A DNA stretch of 64,000 bases from Octopus bimaculoides (taxonomy: Eukaryota), in contig NC_068989.1 in the NCBI RefSeq assembly GCF_001194135.2, forward strand, positions 80,735,423 through 80,799,422. The letters are read 5' to 3'. Position numbers and translations under genes: made by a program. Below are positions 14,037 to 27,184 of the stretch, in pieces (positions within the stretch are counted from its first letter, which is position 1; every line of letters starts with the position of its first letter). Under the pieces are notes generated by a model. That model was given only the letters and a program-made list of their open reading frames with translations, was not told the origin of the DNA and did not search any database.

Positions 14037-14859
14037 TGGATTTCTTACCATCTGCCTAATTCATCCACAAGACTATGGTTAACCCAGGACTATCTTAAAA
14101 GGCATTTGCTCAAGATACCACCCTGGGACTGAGTCTGAAACCACATAATTGGGAAGCAACCATGCCCTTCAGTGAAAGCCAAATAATTTGGATGTGGGTT
14201 GTTAAAGTGCTAGATAACTGGTTCTTGAGTTAGGAACTCATATATCATTGAAGATTATATATTGGGGAAAACTGTTTAGCACTGCTTCAGTTTACTTCAC
14301 TAAAGAATGTAGCCAGGACTCACCCTGGAGTAGGTTAACTCTAGTAGACTAATATCTTATCCAGGGATAAAGCTATCTCTCATCTGTTTATGTTTTATGA
14401 AGACATAGATGTAGCTCTAGCTGTAAGTACCATTGTAAATTATAAAAGAATGCCTTGAGCTTACTAGAATCATTTACATGATGTGTGTGGCAGGGTCCTC
14501 TAGAAATAGGAGCCAAATCTCACTCAAATGACACCCTGCTATGTTAAAGTAAGGGCTGACTTGGGTATAAACAACAATTTATACTGATGTATATTTTGTT
14601 GTACCCTTAGTTTCTCTGTTCAGCAGCTGTTACCTACAAATTGAACATGGTACCTGCTAAATCAACAAAGAGCCTCTGCATAGTCACACAACTTGCTAAA
14701 ACTAGCAGCTAAATTGTCCTTAAATCACACGCTATCATTATAAAAGCAGAAAGGGCTGCATTAAACAATGTGGTTCTATATTACATATACATCAAAAAGA
14801 GGTGATGTGGTCATGACTGGAATGCCTTCAATTATTGGTCTGCTCAATATATGTTTATA

Positions 14860-15106
14860 CAGGGTTGGCCAAAAGTCACCCGACACTAAATCAAAATTCC
14901 ATAAATACTATCTGTAATTTTGTATTGATTCGAATGGGAAACTGTGTTGCTTGAGAAGGACTTCAGTTTGAACAATTGTCATGATGTTTCCTATTTAGAT
15001 GCTTTTATTAAATTCATTCAGTTGCTAAATAAATCTTGGAATTAATAAATAAATCTTGGAGTTAAATGGTTTTGATTTACTGTCAGGTGACTTTTGGCCA
15101 AACTTG
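14860..15106. mobile_element. Tc1/mariner-type MITE
   Basis: TA|cagggttggccaaaagtcacc ... ggtgacttttggccaaacttg|TA. Confidence 0.8.
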
Positions 15107-15332
15107 TATATATGCACATACATAAACGTATGTATGTATGTATGTATGCATACACAGATGCAAAAGAAGGTGGAAAAAATAGCACTCTAAAATACTATTT
15201 TATTAAAGCTGAAGAAAACTTCACAAACTACTTGGCGAACAGTTACATGAAACTGAGTAAAAATTTGTGAAGTTCTATTTAGGCAAAAATGAAATAGTAT
15301 ATGTGTGTGTATGTGTATATATATAATATAAT

Positions 15333-15680
15333 GAAGGTGCATGGCTCAGTGGTTAGAGCGTTATGCTCACAATCGTGAGATAGTGAGTTCGATTCCTGGA
15401 CCAGGCTGTGTGTTGTGTTCTTGAGCAAGGCACTTTATTTCACATTGTTCCAGTTCACTCAGCTGTAGAAATGAGTTGCGATGTCACGGGTGCCAAGCTG
15501 TATCAGCCTTTGCCTTTCCTTTGGATAACATTGGTGTTGTGGAGAGGGCAGACTGGTATGCATGGGCGAGTGCTGGTCTTCCATAAACAACCTTGCCCAG
15601 ACATATGCCGTGAAAGATAACTTTCTAGGTACAGTCCCTTGTGGTCATTCATGACTGAAGGAGGTCTTTACCCTTTATAT
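15333..15680 (+). mobile_element. tRNA-derived SINE (family D)
   Basis: A box tggctcagtgg, B box gagttcgattcc, followed by CORE-like ttgagcaaggcactttatttcac. It does not fold into a complete tRNA. Confidence 0.75.
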
Positions 15681-15870
15681 ATAATACTGGTTATTCTTGT
15701 CCACCATATCTGAAGAGTCAGCAATATTACCAAGGTAAAATAGTCAGTGTGCAACTGATAATAACTTTTCTAACCAAGTTATATACCCTAACCAGTAATA
15801 TATTGTTCAACCGATTGATTCCTCATACTGAGTGTGCTTTTTTTTTCTAACTTATGGACAACTGATAATG

Positions 15871-15878
<8 letters not shown>

Positions 15879-15950
<72 letters not shown>
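15879..15950. repeat. (CA)n microsatellite; representative of dozens of (CA), (TA), (CT), (TAT) and (CAT) tracts
   Basis: Direct inspection. Confidence 0.95.
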
Positions 15951-15952
<2 letters not shown>

Positions 15953-17221
15953 ATAGGTTGCTTTCTGTTTCTGTTTGCCAAATGTAGTCACAGGGCTTTA
16001 CTCAGCCTGGATCTTATATTAGAAGGTGCTGTTCACAAAGAATGAACCTGAAACCACATAGTTGAGAAGCAAACTTCTTAACCATACAGCCCTTCCTGCT
16101 CTTGTTAACTATACCCATGCCAGAACATTTGGGTATTTTTCTATTATTGTTTTTTAATTCCTCTCCATATTTACAAATTGTTTTTATAGCTCTGCCATTA
16201 ATTCTACAGAGTGAACCGTTGTGTTCTCCGGGGAAACGGTTTCAAGTTCTTGGATCAATGAGTATTTCTTCAATTTTGCTTCACTTGCAGCTTTACTTCC
16301 ACCACAACCTTCTCTTCACTTAATTTGTTTCTTTAATAACCCTTTTAGAGATAACCGTGACAGCATACTTGATGTTGATAGCAGCCAGCCAACTAAGTTA
16401 TTGTTTCATTCTTAGTGTCTCTCGTTTTCCAAATCATTGTTGTACTTCCTATGTTTCCCTTCTACCTTATACATGCTGTTGTTAGCTAATGTTGTTTGGC
16501 ATTCATCATTATCATCATGGTTACATATAGATGTATATGCACATACACACACATTTTCGTGGAAACACACTTGCTCGTCCAATACTCAATCCCTTTAGGT
16601 TTGAATATTTTTTTGCTTTTGATGTTGGGGTTAATTTTTGTGAATACTTTTTTTTTTTTTTGTCTTACATTTTTAATGCATTGAAAGATCTTGCAATTTC
16701 TGTTTTATTTTTCACTTGATAGAATCACCTTGATAAACTTGCATTTGTGTGTGTGTGTGTGTCTGATGATGGCATTGCTGGCCAAAACTTCAAAGTCATT
16801 CAGTGCTATTCTTATTAAAGAATAATAAATTTGTACTCCACAAAACTATGGGGTAATCCTTCAAATAAATGTAAAATTGTTTTTTAATATAATATATATA
16901 AGCAAACGGTTAGTAGTCCCACTGGTGTATTACTTAGTGTTTCATTCACAAGCAAACAGTTGTGATCCTTCAGGTGTCTTTCATGCTAATAGCTCATTCA
17001 GCAGCTGTTTAACTATAAATATCAACCGTACACAATGTGCAGTGCTGTCTTCTTCCCTCTGTACACAAACACACTCACATTTTTTTAATTATTTTTAATT
17101 GGAGAAAGTTTCATGAATGCTACTTAATGAATGTCATTCATGTACAAAACAACTCTCAATGCTTGGGTCACCTTTTGTTTAACTTCCTGCCCTTTAAAAA
17201 TAATTAAAAAGTATATATGTA

Positions 17222-17266
<45 letters not shown>

Positions 17267-19502
17267 NNNNNNNNNNNNNNNNNNNNNNNNNNNNNNNNNN
17301 NNNNNNNNNNNNNNNNNNNNNNNNNNNNNNNNNNNNNNNNNNNNNNNNNNNNNNNNNNNNNNNNNNNNNNNNNNNNNNNNNNNNNNNNNNNNNNNNNNNN
17401 NNNNNNNNNNNNNNNNNNNNNNNNNNNNNNNNNNNNNNNNNNNNNNNNNNNNNNNNNNNNNNNNNNNNNNNNNNNNNNNNNNNNNNNNNNNNNNNNNNNN
17501 NNNNNNNNNNNNNNNNNNNNNNNNNNNNNNNNNNNNNNNNNNNNNNNNNNNNNNNNNNNNNNNNNNNNNNNNNNNNNNNNNNNNNNNNNNNNNNNNNNNN
17601 NNNNNNNNNNNNNNNNNNNNNNNNNNNNNNNNNNNNNNNNNNNNNNNNNNNNNNNNNNNNNNNNNNNNNNNNNNNNNNNNNNNNNNNNNNNNNNNNNNNN
17701 NNNNNNNNNNNNNNNNNNNNNNNNNNNNNNNNNNNNNNNNNNNNNNNNNNNNNNNNNNNNNNNNNNNNNNNNNNNNNNNNNNNNNNNNNNNNNNNNNNNN
17801 NNNNNNNNNNNNNNNNNNNNNNNNNNNNNNNNNNNNNNNNNNNNNNNNNNNNNNNNNNNNNNNNNNNNNNNNNNNNNNNNNNNNNTATTAAATATTCATA
17901 AATTAAGAAAATAAAGTCAGAATATAAAAATAATTTGAGTTCAGTACTGTTTATAATTCAATCTATTCTCTATGTACATTTAATCAAGCATCATAAATGA
18001 GTTTTGTAATAACACATATGTTGTATATTTAGCTGGAAGCCACTCTGTAGGATATAAATTATATAACAAAGCAAAGCCTGCTTAAATATATTTTTGAGTA
18101 TCTTTTATCCTTTTGTAGGATTTATTTTATTTTTCTTACTTGCTTGGATAAAATAATTCAAAAGAGATCTTTTTCATGAATTACTTTGCCAAGTAGCTAC
18201 ATTAGATATCTTTCCTAATCAGTGGTAAAATGGTTCTAGTATTCTTTCTTGGTTATATGTAAGTTCTATAAGAACAACAGTTTTCAAAATCCCAATGTTA
18301 TATATATATATATAGATCGCTATGATAGATCGCTAACCACTACACACACTTTTTTTTCTCTCCTTGTTTCTTTCTGTGTTCCTTTCTGTGGAAGAGCGTA
18401 GGCTCGAAACGTTAAAGACTTTTTCAATTCCCAAGCGTTATACTAATGCATCTATTTGTTTTCTGCACCACTTCATCTGTTGTTTTTTGGGGAATTCTCC
18501 CTATATATATATATATAACCATTTATAGAGATGAGTATCATGTTATTAACATTGGAGCCACGTTCAAGAACAATAGTAACAATGTAATATAAATGTTTTC
18601 TCTTCATCCATCATCATTACTAAAAATAATAATAATAAAGTGGTAAAATGATCATGGCAGACATCAGAACCATCTAGCATACATTAATGTCACTTTACAT
18701 GGTGTGTGAATATTGTTAGACAGTGATATAGCATTCATTGGAGCATTCATTTGCATTATTTCTCCCTTGTCGTATTAACTGAGCACAGTGTTTGTGTGAG
18801 CTAACCATGTAATGTTCAGTTTGTTTCATTTGGAGGGGTGTTCATGCATATTGTCTCTGTTTCTCTTTCCAATCTTTTTGACAAAATGTAGTTCCTCTGC
18901 TTCTCTTTCAAAATTTAATTTTGGAAAGAATTTTTTGATGAAGTTTAGCTCCATATATATATATATCATCATCATCATCATCNNNNNNNNNNGCGATATA
19001 TGTGTGTGCATACATACATACACACACTTCGTTTTTGTATTCAGTTAGCAAGATTCTTGATGTGAATCCATGTGTTGAAATGAATCTTATATCTTGGGAG
19101 GGTCATAACTCACACACTGGTTCAATATCACTTCTTTATTGTTAGTCAACTAGTTAAATATCTAACCAACTAACTAATCAATTGTTTGTTTAATGTGGTG
19201 GTTAAACAATCGATCGGTTTGGCAAAGTTCTTTCATCACTATTCATGACCTCATGAATGACATGCCCTCTCTTTACAAGGTCTGAATCTTAGTGTTTTTT
19301 AAATAAATACTGTTGGGATGTAGCCAGTTTTTCATCCTTATTGGAACCATGGGAAAAGATCTGATAAAGAGCACTATTATAGTGCCAGTTATTTTTAGCA
19401 TAGTCTGGATTTGTTTTTTGAAATAAAATATTTAATCTAAGTTCAATATTTATATTTCAAACACATTTTTCCAAAAAAAGTCTTTATCAGGATTAGAATA
19501 TG

Positions 19503-19782
19503 ATGCCAGTGCCGCTGGACTGCCTCCTGTGCAGGTGGCACATAAAATACACCATTTCGACCATGGCCGTCGCCAGTACCACTTGACTGGCCCTTGTGCC
19601 AGTGGCACGTAAAAGCACCCACTACACTCTCAGAGTGGTTGTCATTAGGAAGGGCATCCAGCTGTAGAAACTGCCAAATTATATTGGAGCCTGGTGTCGC
19701 CTCCTGGTCCACCAATTCTCAGTCAAATCGTCCAACCCATGCTAGCATGGAAAGCGGACGTTAAACGACGATGATGATGATG
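19503..19782 (+). mobile_element. RTE LINE 3' tail copy
   Basis: Family signature aggaagggcatccagctgtagaaac...ccatgctagcatggaaagcggacgttaaac(gat)n. Confidence 0.85.
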
Positions 19783-20250
19783 CTCCAAGGTGCAATATAA
19801 TTCCATTCTACTAGCTCTTGTTTTCATCAATAATTCCCATAAAAGTTTTGCATGGCAAGCACTAATTCACGCTCAGTATAAAGGGGTACACGTTGGATGG
19901 TAATGCCTTAGAAAATATTGGTGATAAGCCATTGTGCAAAAATTGCTTTGGTTTGATTAAAATAATTTGCTTTCTTGGCTGAGGGTGGGGTGGGGTGTAA
20001 GACATTAGCTGGAGACATTGGTTAAATCTCATTTGATGTTTTAGAAATGCCATAAAAAAAGTGCTCTGAATTACAAAAGACTGGGAACCACTGTTTTTTA
20101 TATATCAACATCCATTGTAATAAATATTACATTGAATTCTTTATAATATGTGTGGAATAATCTTTTCTCTCACTTTTTAAAAATCTATCAGCATTGCCCA
20201 ACTATGTCATTCATAATGCCATCCTAATTCCGTTTTGCTTTTATTTTCAG

Positions 20251-20998
20251 ACAATGGCAAAGTGTGTTGTCCTCTTTCTGAAGATTCAATATGATTACCA
20301 TAGACATTGCTCTGAAGCTATTGCAGCTTTTCTTCAAAGAATAACCCAGCAAACAAATGCCGATGTACTTTCTTTGCTAGTTGCTCTCAATCTGACAGCA
20401 GTTAAGTTTCCTCAGAGCAGCACAAGCACTGCCATACCTTTATCTCAAATGAAAAATACCACTGCAGACAAGTCAAAAACTGTTCTCCAAACATCAGAGA
20501 TGTCAGCAGCTCCCCCTCTGCAATGTCTGGGAAACATTGCAAATCTACAGAATTCTGGGTCAGTAATGAAGAGCCATGAAGTGCTGGAAGCTGTACAGCA
20601 GCACCCTTCATCTTGTTCAGCTCTGCCTTATCCTCCTTGTCCATCAATTTCTCCATATCCTCCATCATCATCATCGTCATCTTCTGTGTTCACTACCCCA
20701 TCACTGTCATCTTCCACAGATATGGCATTTTCTCTCTTTACCAAGACTAACAGTTTGTATGCCCCTATCGGTGCGGCTGCTGGCCAGTCCCCACAGCTTA
20801 GTAGTAATAACCCCATATTGACTCCGGTTGTCAACCAAACTGCTGCTACTCAAACTACCACAACTGCTGCTGTGGCAGCAGCACAATGTCCAGATCCAGG
20901 AGCCGCCTGGCCCAAACTTAATACAAAGCCAACCATCAGGGCTATTGGAAAGAACGAAAAGGGTGCAACTGCTTACACAAAGTCTTCTTCTACGAAAT
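20251..20998 (+). CDS. GARRE1: GARRE1-like coding exon 2 (end of DUF4745-like domain, then S/T/P/A-rich low complexity)
   Basis: Acceptor ttttattttcag|ACA (phase 0, matches the previous exon). Open frame in ORF 20194..21057. Donor AAAT|gtgaga (748 nt, phase 1). TMAKCVVLFLKIQYDY resembles recalled human VLGRCFLTVVQVHFQF. Confidence 0.8.
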
Positions 20999-21493
20999 GT
21001 GAGATTTTTTTTTTTTTCTTTTGGAATTTTTTGATTTTTATTTATTTTTTTTTATGATTTGCATTTCTTTAGCAACATAAAATGTTTACTGATATTGTGT
21101 GTAGTGTTTAATTGCTTGAATTGCATTCTTGTATTTATTATTGCAGTACATATTCTGCAACCAGATGCCCTTCTTGTCACTAATGTTCATGTCTTTCAAA
21201 GTAAGGTAATATATGTGTCTGTTTGTGTGTGTATGATTGTGTTTGTCTCTCCCTGTCTTGATATAGCATGAAGGCTGTAAACGAGTATCATTGTCATACA
21301 AGCAGTGTCATTCCTGTCCAATATTCTGCAGAAGCACATCTGATCCAATACTTTTTTGTCACCATTGCTCACAATGACAGCAGGACGGGCATCTGGGCAT
21401 AGAATATCTACCTCAATAAACTACATTTGACCCATGGAAGCATGGAAAAGTGGATGTTAAAATGATAATGGTCATGATGACTATTATATATAT

Positions 21494-22110
21494 GCAAGGA
21501 ATGAAGCCAGTTTGCTCCACTGGATGTGTAATGTCAGTATGCATACTCAACAGTGTAAGTACCTTGAGAGAAAAGTTGCACCTAAGAAGCATCAGATGTG
21601 GTGTGCAAGAGAAACGACTGCACTGGTATGGTCATGTGGTGAAAATGGATAAGGACAGCTGTGTGAAAAAGTACCACACCCTAGCGGTTGAGGGAACCTT
21701 TGGAAGAGGTAGACCCAGAAAGACTTGGGATGAGGTGGTGAAGCATGACCTTCGAACATTAGGCCTCACTGAGGCATTGACTAGTGATCGAGACCTTTGG
21801 AAATATGCTGTGCTTGAAAAGACCTGGCAAACCAAGTGAGACCATAACACGTGGCCTATGCCAGAGGTGTAACCAACCCACTTATGCGTACCTATCATTA
21901 ACTGGATACTAAACTCTGCTTGCGAACACCTGTTGAGGCAAGTGAAATCAAAATCAAATTTGATGACAGCACCACATGACTGGCATTCGTGCTAGTGGAG
22001 CGCTGAGAGCACCATCCAAGCATGATTGTTGTCAGGGCACCCGACTGGCTCCCGTGCCAGTGGCACGTAAAAAACACCATTTGAGCATAGCCGTTGCCAG
22101 TACTGTGTGA
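21494..22110 (+). mobile_element. 5'-truncated RTE-clade LINE (ORF C-terminus plus part of 3' UTR)
   Basis: Encodes RLHWYGHVVKM...VEGTFGRGRPRKTWDEVVKHDL...DRDLW, the typical post-RT C-terminus of RTE-type LINEs. The 3' UTR is shared with many copies in the window. Confidence 0.85.
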
Positions 22111-22170
22111 CTGGCCTTTGTGTGTGTGTGTGTGTATATATATATTTATGTGTGTGTGTGTGTGTATATA

Positions 22171-22213
<43 letters not shown>

Positions 22214-23269
22214 NNNNNNNNNNNNNNNNNNNNNNNNNNNNNNNNNNNNNNNNNNNNNNNNNNNNNNNNNNNNNNNNNNNNNNNNNNNNNNNNNNNNNNN
22301 NNNNNNNNNNNNNNNNNNNNNNNNNNNNNNNNNNNNNNNNNNNNNNNNNNNNNNNNNNNNNNNNNNNNNNNNNNNNNNNNNNNNNNNNNNNNNNNNNNNN
22401 NNNNNNNNNNNNNNNNNNNNNNNNNNNNNNNNNNNNNNNNNNNNNNNNNNNNNNNNNNNNNNNNNNNNNNNNNNNNNNNNNNNNNNNNNNNNNNNNNNNN
22501 NNNNNNNNNNNNNNNNNNNNNNNNNNNNNNNNNNNNNNNATATATATGTATATATATGTATATATATATATATATATATACATACAACAACCTTCCTTCA
22601 GTTTCCGCCTATCAAATCCAATCACAAGACTTTGGTTGGCCTGAGGCTATAGTAGAAGACACTTGCCCAAGGTGTCACCCAGTGGGACTGAACCCAAAAC
22701 CACGTGGTTAGGTATCACTCTTTTTACACACAGCCACTCCTGCAAGTTTATCATTTTGTTTCAAGGGATATTACAACATCATATGTTTACCTTATGTTAC
22801 ACCACATTTATGCAATAGATATTATTATATTCTTACTCATTCTGTTTTGGGTCAGCCTGACAATTTCTAGGTCATCATGACTGCAATATAATGAACTTAA
22901 TGTATGAAAGAAAATGCCTTCTTTGTCTCAACTATGAACTGTAAACCTAGAATTAATTACTCCACCATAAATTCCCTTTTGGGTCAATATTATATATATA
23001 TATAAATATTGTAATCAATATATATAGTCTTTTGTAATTTCTAAATGTATTTTGGTGGTTTTCTTTATCCTATTTTGGCATGCCTTTGTTGAGATAGTCA
23101 GATCAATTCTTTTATTGTATATTCCAATTACAGAGATGTTGATATTCATCACATCACACTTCATATGACCTTTGATTGAAACATCTGTACTGTGGGTGCT
23201 TATATAAAGAAACATATATTAATTCTACATGTGCTTTATGTCGTAGGTGTAAGTTACCAATTATCGCAG

Positions 23270-23640
23270 GGAAGAGATGGTGGGGGACAAGGAAGTGCAA
23301 ATCGCTTTGTGTCTTCAATGTCTGATCTCTGTGTCTTGACATCTGTTGTTTTCCATCAGGCCTGTTCCCTCAACAATGACATATCGCCACATTGGTTAGT
23401 CCTTGGCAACTGTCTCCCAGATATTTGGATCAATGGAGCAGCAGAGAAGTGTGGCCTTGAGCTAGTCTCAGAAACAGAATTTAGGGGCTCTACATGGCCT
23501 GGTGCTTGTGGCCATTTCTACAAAGAGGAGTCATAAATACCCCTGGCTTTTCTATACCACCCTTGGCCTGAACTGCCACCTCAGGCCCCAACACCCTTTG
23601 CACCCTTCAAGATGAAGTAGACCAATCACTGGCTACAGGT
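23270..23640 (-). mobile_element. Degenerate RTE LINE C-terminal remnant
   Basis: The minus strand reads RAPKFCF*D*LKATLLCCSIDPNIWETVAKD*PMWRYVIVEG, matching the RTE pattern GxPKLRFKD...IDxxxWExxAxDRxxWR. Confidence 0.7.
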
Positions 23641-23849
23641 CTACTACTCAGATATGAGTTAATGCTGTCGATGATGATAAGTTATCACCTTGGGAATGTC
23701 TACTTTGTTTACTGTTATTAGCAAGAGTGTGTAATGTTAAAAAAATCCAAGCCATGTACTTGAACTAGTTTACAGATAGTATGTACCTTCTTTCCAGGTT
23801 TGTTTCGTAAATGCAGAAGATTATATAATATAAAAATTATATTCAGATC

Positions 23850-24237
23850 GATGCCAGCGCCGCTTGACTGGTCTCATGCCAGTGGCACGTAAAAAGCACC
23901 GTTCAAGCATGATCGTTGCCAGTGCTGCCTGGCTTCCATGCTGGTGGCATGTCAAAAGCGCCATTCAAGCGTGGTTATTGCCAGTGCCACCTGATTGGCT
24001 CCTATGCTGGTGGCACATGTAAAGCACCATTCAAGTGTGTTCATTGCCAGTGGCATGTAAAAAGCACCCACTACACTCTCGGAGTGGTTGGTGTTAGGAA
24101 GGGCATCCAGCTGTAGAAACCTTGCCAAATCAGATTGGAGCCTGGTGCACCAGGCTCCAATGGTTTGCCAGTCTTCAGTCAAATCGTCCAACCCATGCCA
24201 GCATGGAAAGTGGACGTTAAACGATGATGATGATGAT
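23850..24237 (+). mobile_element. RTE LINE 3' tail copy with internal ~40-66 nt tandem units
   Basis: Same signature and (GAT)n tail. Repeated gtggcacgtaaaaagcacc units. Confidence 0.85.
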
Positions 24238-25582
24238 TCATATAAATATCTTAATCCTTTTGTAACTAGATTTCTGTGGAGATACACTGACCTTGTTGAA
24301 ATTAAAAAAGAAAATAATGAAGAGTTTAGTAAAATTAACATTTGTAAGCTTAATTGCATGGTTAAAATGTCTGCTTCACAATGACATGGTGGCAGCAATC
24401 TTTGTCGTCATTTAATGGGTGTTTGGAACTCAAATTAACTTGGAAAATTTAAATTTTAAGTTATGAATTTTCAATCAGAGAACAACGTTAGGCTCAGACA
24501 GTTTGATATCAAAAGGGTTATGCTTGTGTTGCATGCTTTGCTCTCATGTACAAAACACCATGTAGCGGGTGGATGACATTTGGGTGAAGAAATCTAACTA
24601 ATGGTGATAGGAATAGTCTACAGTTTTATTTATTCACTCACCAATGCAGATAACTAACCACTTACTTGACATACAACACCCGACTAGTATTTATTTTATT
24701 GGCCCTGAAAAAAAAAAAAAAACAGCTACAAAGTTGACTTCAGTGAAATTTGAACTCAAAACGTAAAGGAAGCTCACTAAAAACTACGAGGTATTTTGTT
24801 CAGTACTTCCACTAATTCAACCAATCCTGATAAGGACATGTTGTGATATATATTTCACTTTTTAGCTTTTAAATAATCACTCCCATTAAATGCCCCAATT
24901 GTTACTGGCAGCAACAAAGAACTGATTGTTACTGTGATCTGGTTCCAGCTTATGTTAAAAAAACTGAAACCAATGTGTTTGAATGAGATTTTCTGTGATT
25001 CAAATATTTGTTGTTTGTTTTTCTCTTTTAGAGTCTATATTTGTAAAAGTTCTCTTCTATCTGTTATCCCTCTCAACAAAATTTTTACAAATGACAATCT
25101 GAATATGTTCTTTTTCTTTAAAGAAGTTTAAGGCTTTTAAATGTGGAAGACAAAATTGTTTATTGTTCACTTGTCTTCGTGTCTTTATATAAATTAATAC
25201 TGCTGGAGGGTTTGGGCCAAATACTCCAGCACTGTTAATTTATATTATATTAAGCATCATCATCATTATTATCATTTTACAGCTGATTTCCATCCTGGCA
25301 TAGGATGGACAGATTGCTGCACTAAGTCAGTTCTTATTCACAGTTCGTGCCCTGCTAGATGGTCCAGAGAACTCATACACACACACATATGTATATATAC
25401 AGTAGGCTTCTTTCTGTTTCCATCTACCAGATCCACTCACATTTCTTTGGTTGTAGTAGACGATAATTTCTCATGGTGCCATGCAGTGGGCGTGAACTCA
25501 GAACAAAGTGATTGGAAAGCAAGCTTCTTAACCACACAGCCACATCTGCACTCATAATAATAATAATAATGATGTCTTATTA

Positions 25583-25868
25583 ATCATCATCATCATCATC
25601 ATCATCGTTTAACGTCCGCTTTCCATGCTAGCATGGGTTGGACGATTTGACTGAGGACTGGTGAAACCAGATGGCAACACCAGGCTCCATTCTAAATTTG
25701 GCAGAGTTTCTACAGCTGGATGCCCTTCCTAACGCCAACCACTCAGAGAGTGTAGTAGGTGCTTTTACGTGTCACCCGCACGAAGGCCAGTCAGGCGATA
25801 CTGGCAACGGCCACGCTCGAAATGGTGTCTTTTATGTGCCACCCGCACAAGAGCCAGTCCAGGGGCAC
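25583..25868 (-). mobile_element. RTE LINE 3' tail copy
   Basis: (cat)n gtttaacgtccgctttccatgctagcatgggttggacg..., the reverse complement of the family tail. Confidence 0.85.
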
Positions 25869-26837
25869 TCATCATTTTACAAATGATTTTCATTCTGACA
25901 TAGGCTGAACAGGTTGTCACGCTCGGAGTCAGCTCTTATTCAGCTACCACCCTCCTGAGTTATTCAGAGGACAATATCTTGCTCATACATTTTGTTTTGA
26001 CTATGTTTCTACAAGTGAATGCTATTCTTAACACTGCACATAACAGAATGCTGGTACCATGATAAAATGTGATCTTTGTCATGGTACCAGCACAAAAGAG
26101 GTTGTCATACCCTCAGTCTGGTTAAAGAACCATTTTGATTTTTACCCTGTTTCTCTTCATTCTACAACCACTTGCCAGTGTACTGCTCGGTGCATTTTAT
26201 CTTAGCACCCACACTAATGAAATTGCTTTGTATCCTGCAAAACTAAAATATCCTCATTGAAGTATCCTCTATGTTGCCTTTGTTCATTTAGAAGCAATGT
26301 GACTATTGTTGTAGAAAAAAATCCTGACATTTCAGAGAGGAAAAATTATAAAAATAAAAGGAAAGCATTTTCTCTCTCAAACAAAAGGTCAAACACCAGC
26401 AAACTCTTCTTCCCTCAACATACAAAATAAGCCATCAAAATTTATAAACATTCCAACTAAGTTTTGTTTTACTTGCAAGTTACTCTTTTTTAAAAAGACC
26501 AGTGACATATTTACCACTTGTAAAATGTATGTGTAATAATCAGGCAACTGATTAATGAGATCTGCTTGTGGTTTTAATCTTTTAAGTTAAAAATCTTGAT
26601 TTAATGTCAACGAGAATACTGAGATTTCAGGACTGACTCAAGGAGAGAAAAAGAAAGATAAAACTTTTTTCTCTCGTACAAATGCAAAAGATGCACCCAG
26701 CTTCTTTCCGCAATCAAGAGCAAAAGGCATTACCTTGGTGTATAGCCTAATTTGCATATTTTTTTGCTTTTGACTTGTCGGCATTATCTTTTTTCTTCAA
26801 TATAGGAGAACACGATTTTGCCCATAAAAGGACAATG

Positions 26838-27061
26838 AGCTGGCAGAAATGTTAGCACACCAGGCGAAATGCTTAGCAGTATTTTGTCTGTCTTTACGTT
26901 CTGAGTTCAAACTCCGCTGAGGTCAACTTTGCCTTTCATCCTTTCAGGGTTGATAAATTAAGTACCAGTTACACATTGGGATCGATGTAATCGACTTAAT
27001 CCCTTTGTCTGCCCTCGTTTGTCCCCTCTATGTTTAGCACCCCTGTACGCAATAAAGAAAT
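26838..27061 (+). mobile_element. tRNA-derived SINE (family B), ~120 nt upstream of exon 3
   Basis: Same consensus as 30697-30937 in the opposite orientation. Ends in aataaagaaat. Confidence 0.8.
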
Positions 27062-27184
27062 GAACGTTATCTTTTACTTGTTTTAGTCATTAGACTGGCC
27101 ATGTTGTCTTCTTTTTTTTCTTTAGTGTGGAATGGGCATGAACGTAAATTTATACATAAATATTTTTCTTTCTATCTTTTGTAG

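Noticed and set aside
15333-15410. tRNA genes at 15333, 53069 and 46830-46902
   Set aside because: They have A and B boxes but no complete cloverleaf. They continue into SINE bodies, and the family A copies have TSDs.
23192-23536. 114-aa plus-strand ORF as a missing GARRE1 exon
   Set aside because: The opposite strand carries a recognisable RTE C-terminus, and there is no GARRE1-like content.
23850-24070. CRISPR-like repeat/spacer array
   Set aside because: The units are degenerate, the spacers are homologous to each other, the array lies in a LINE 3' UTR of a eukaryotic genome, and there are no cas genes.
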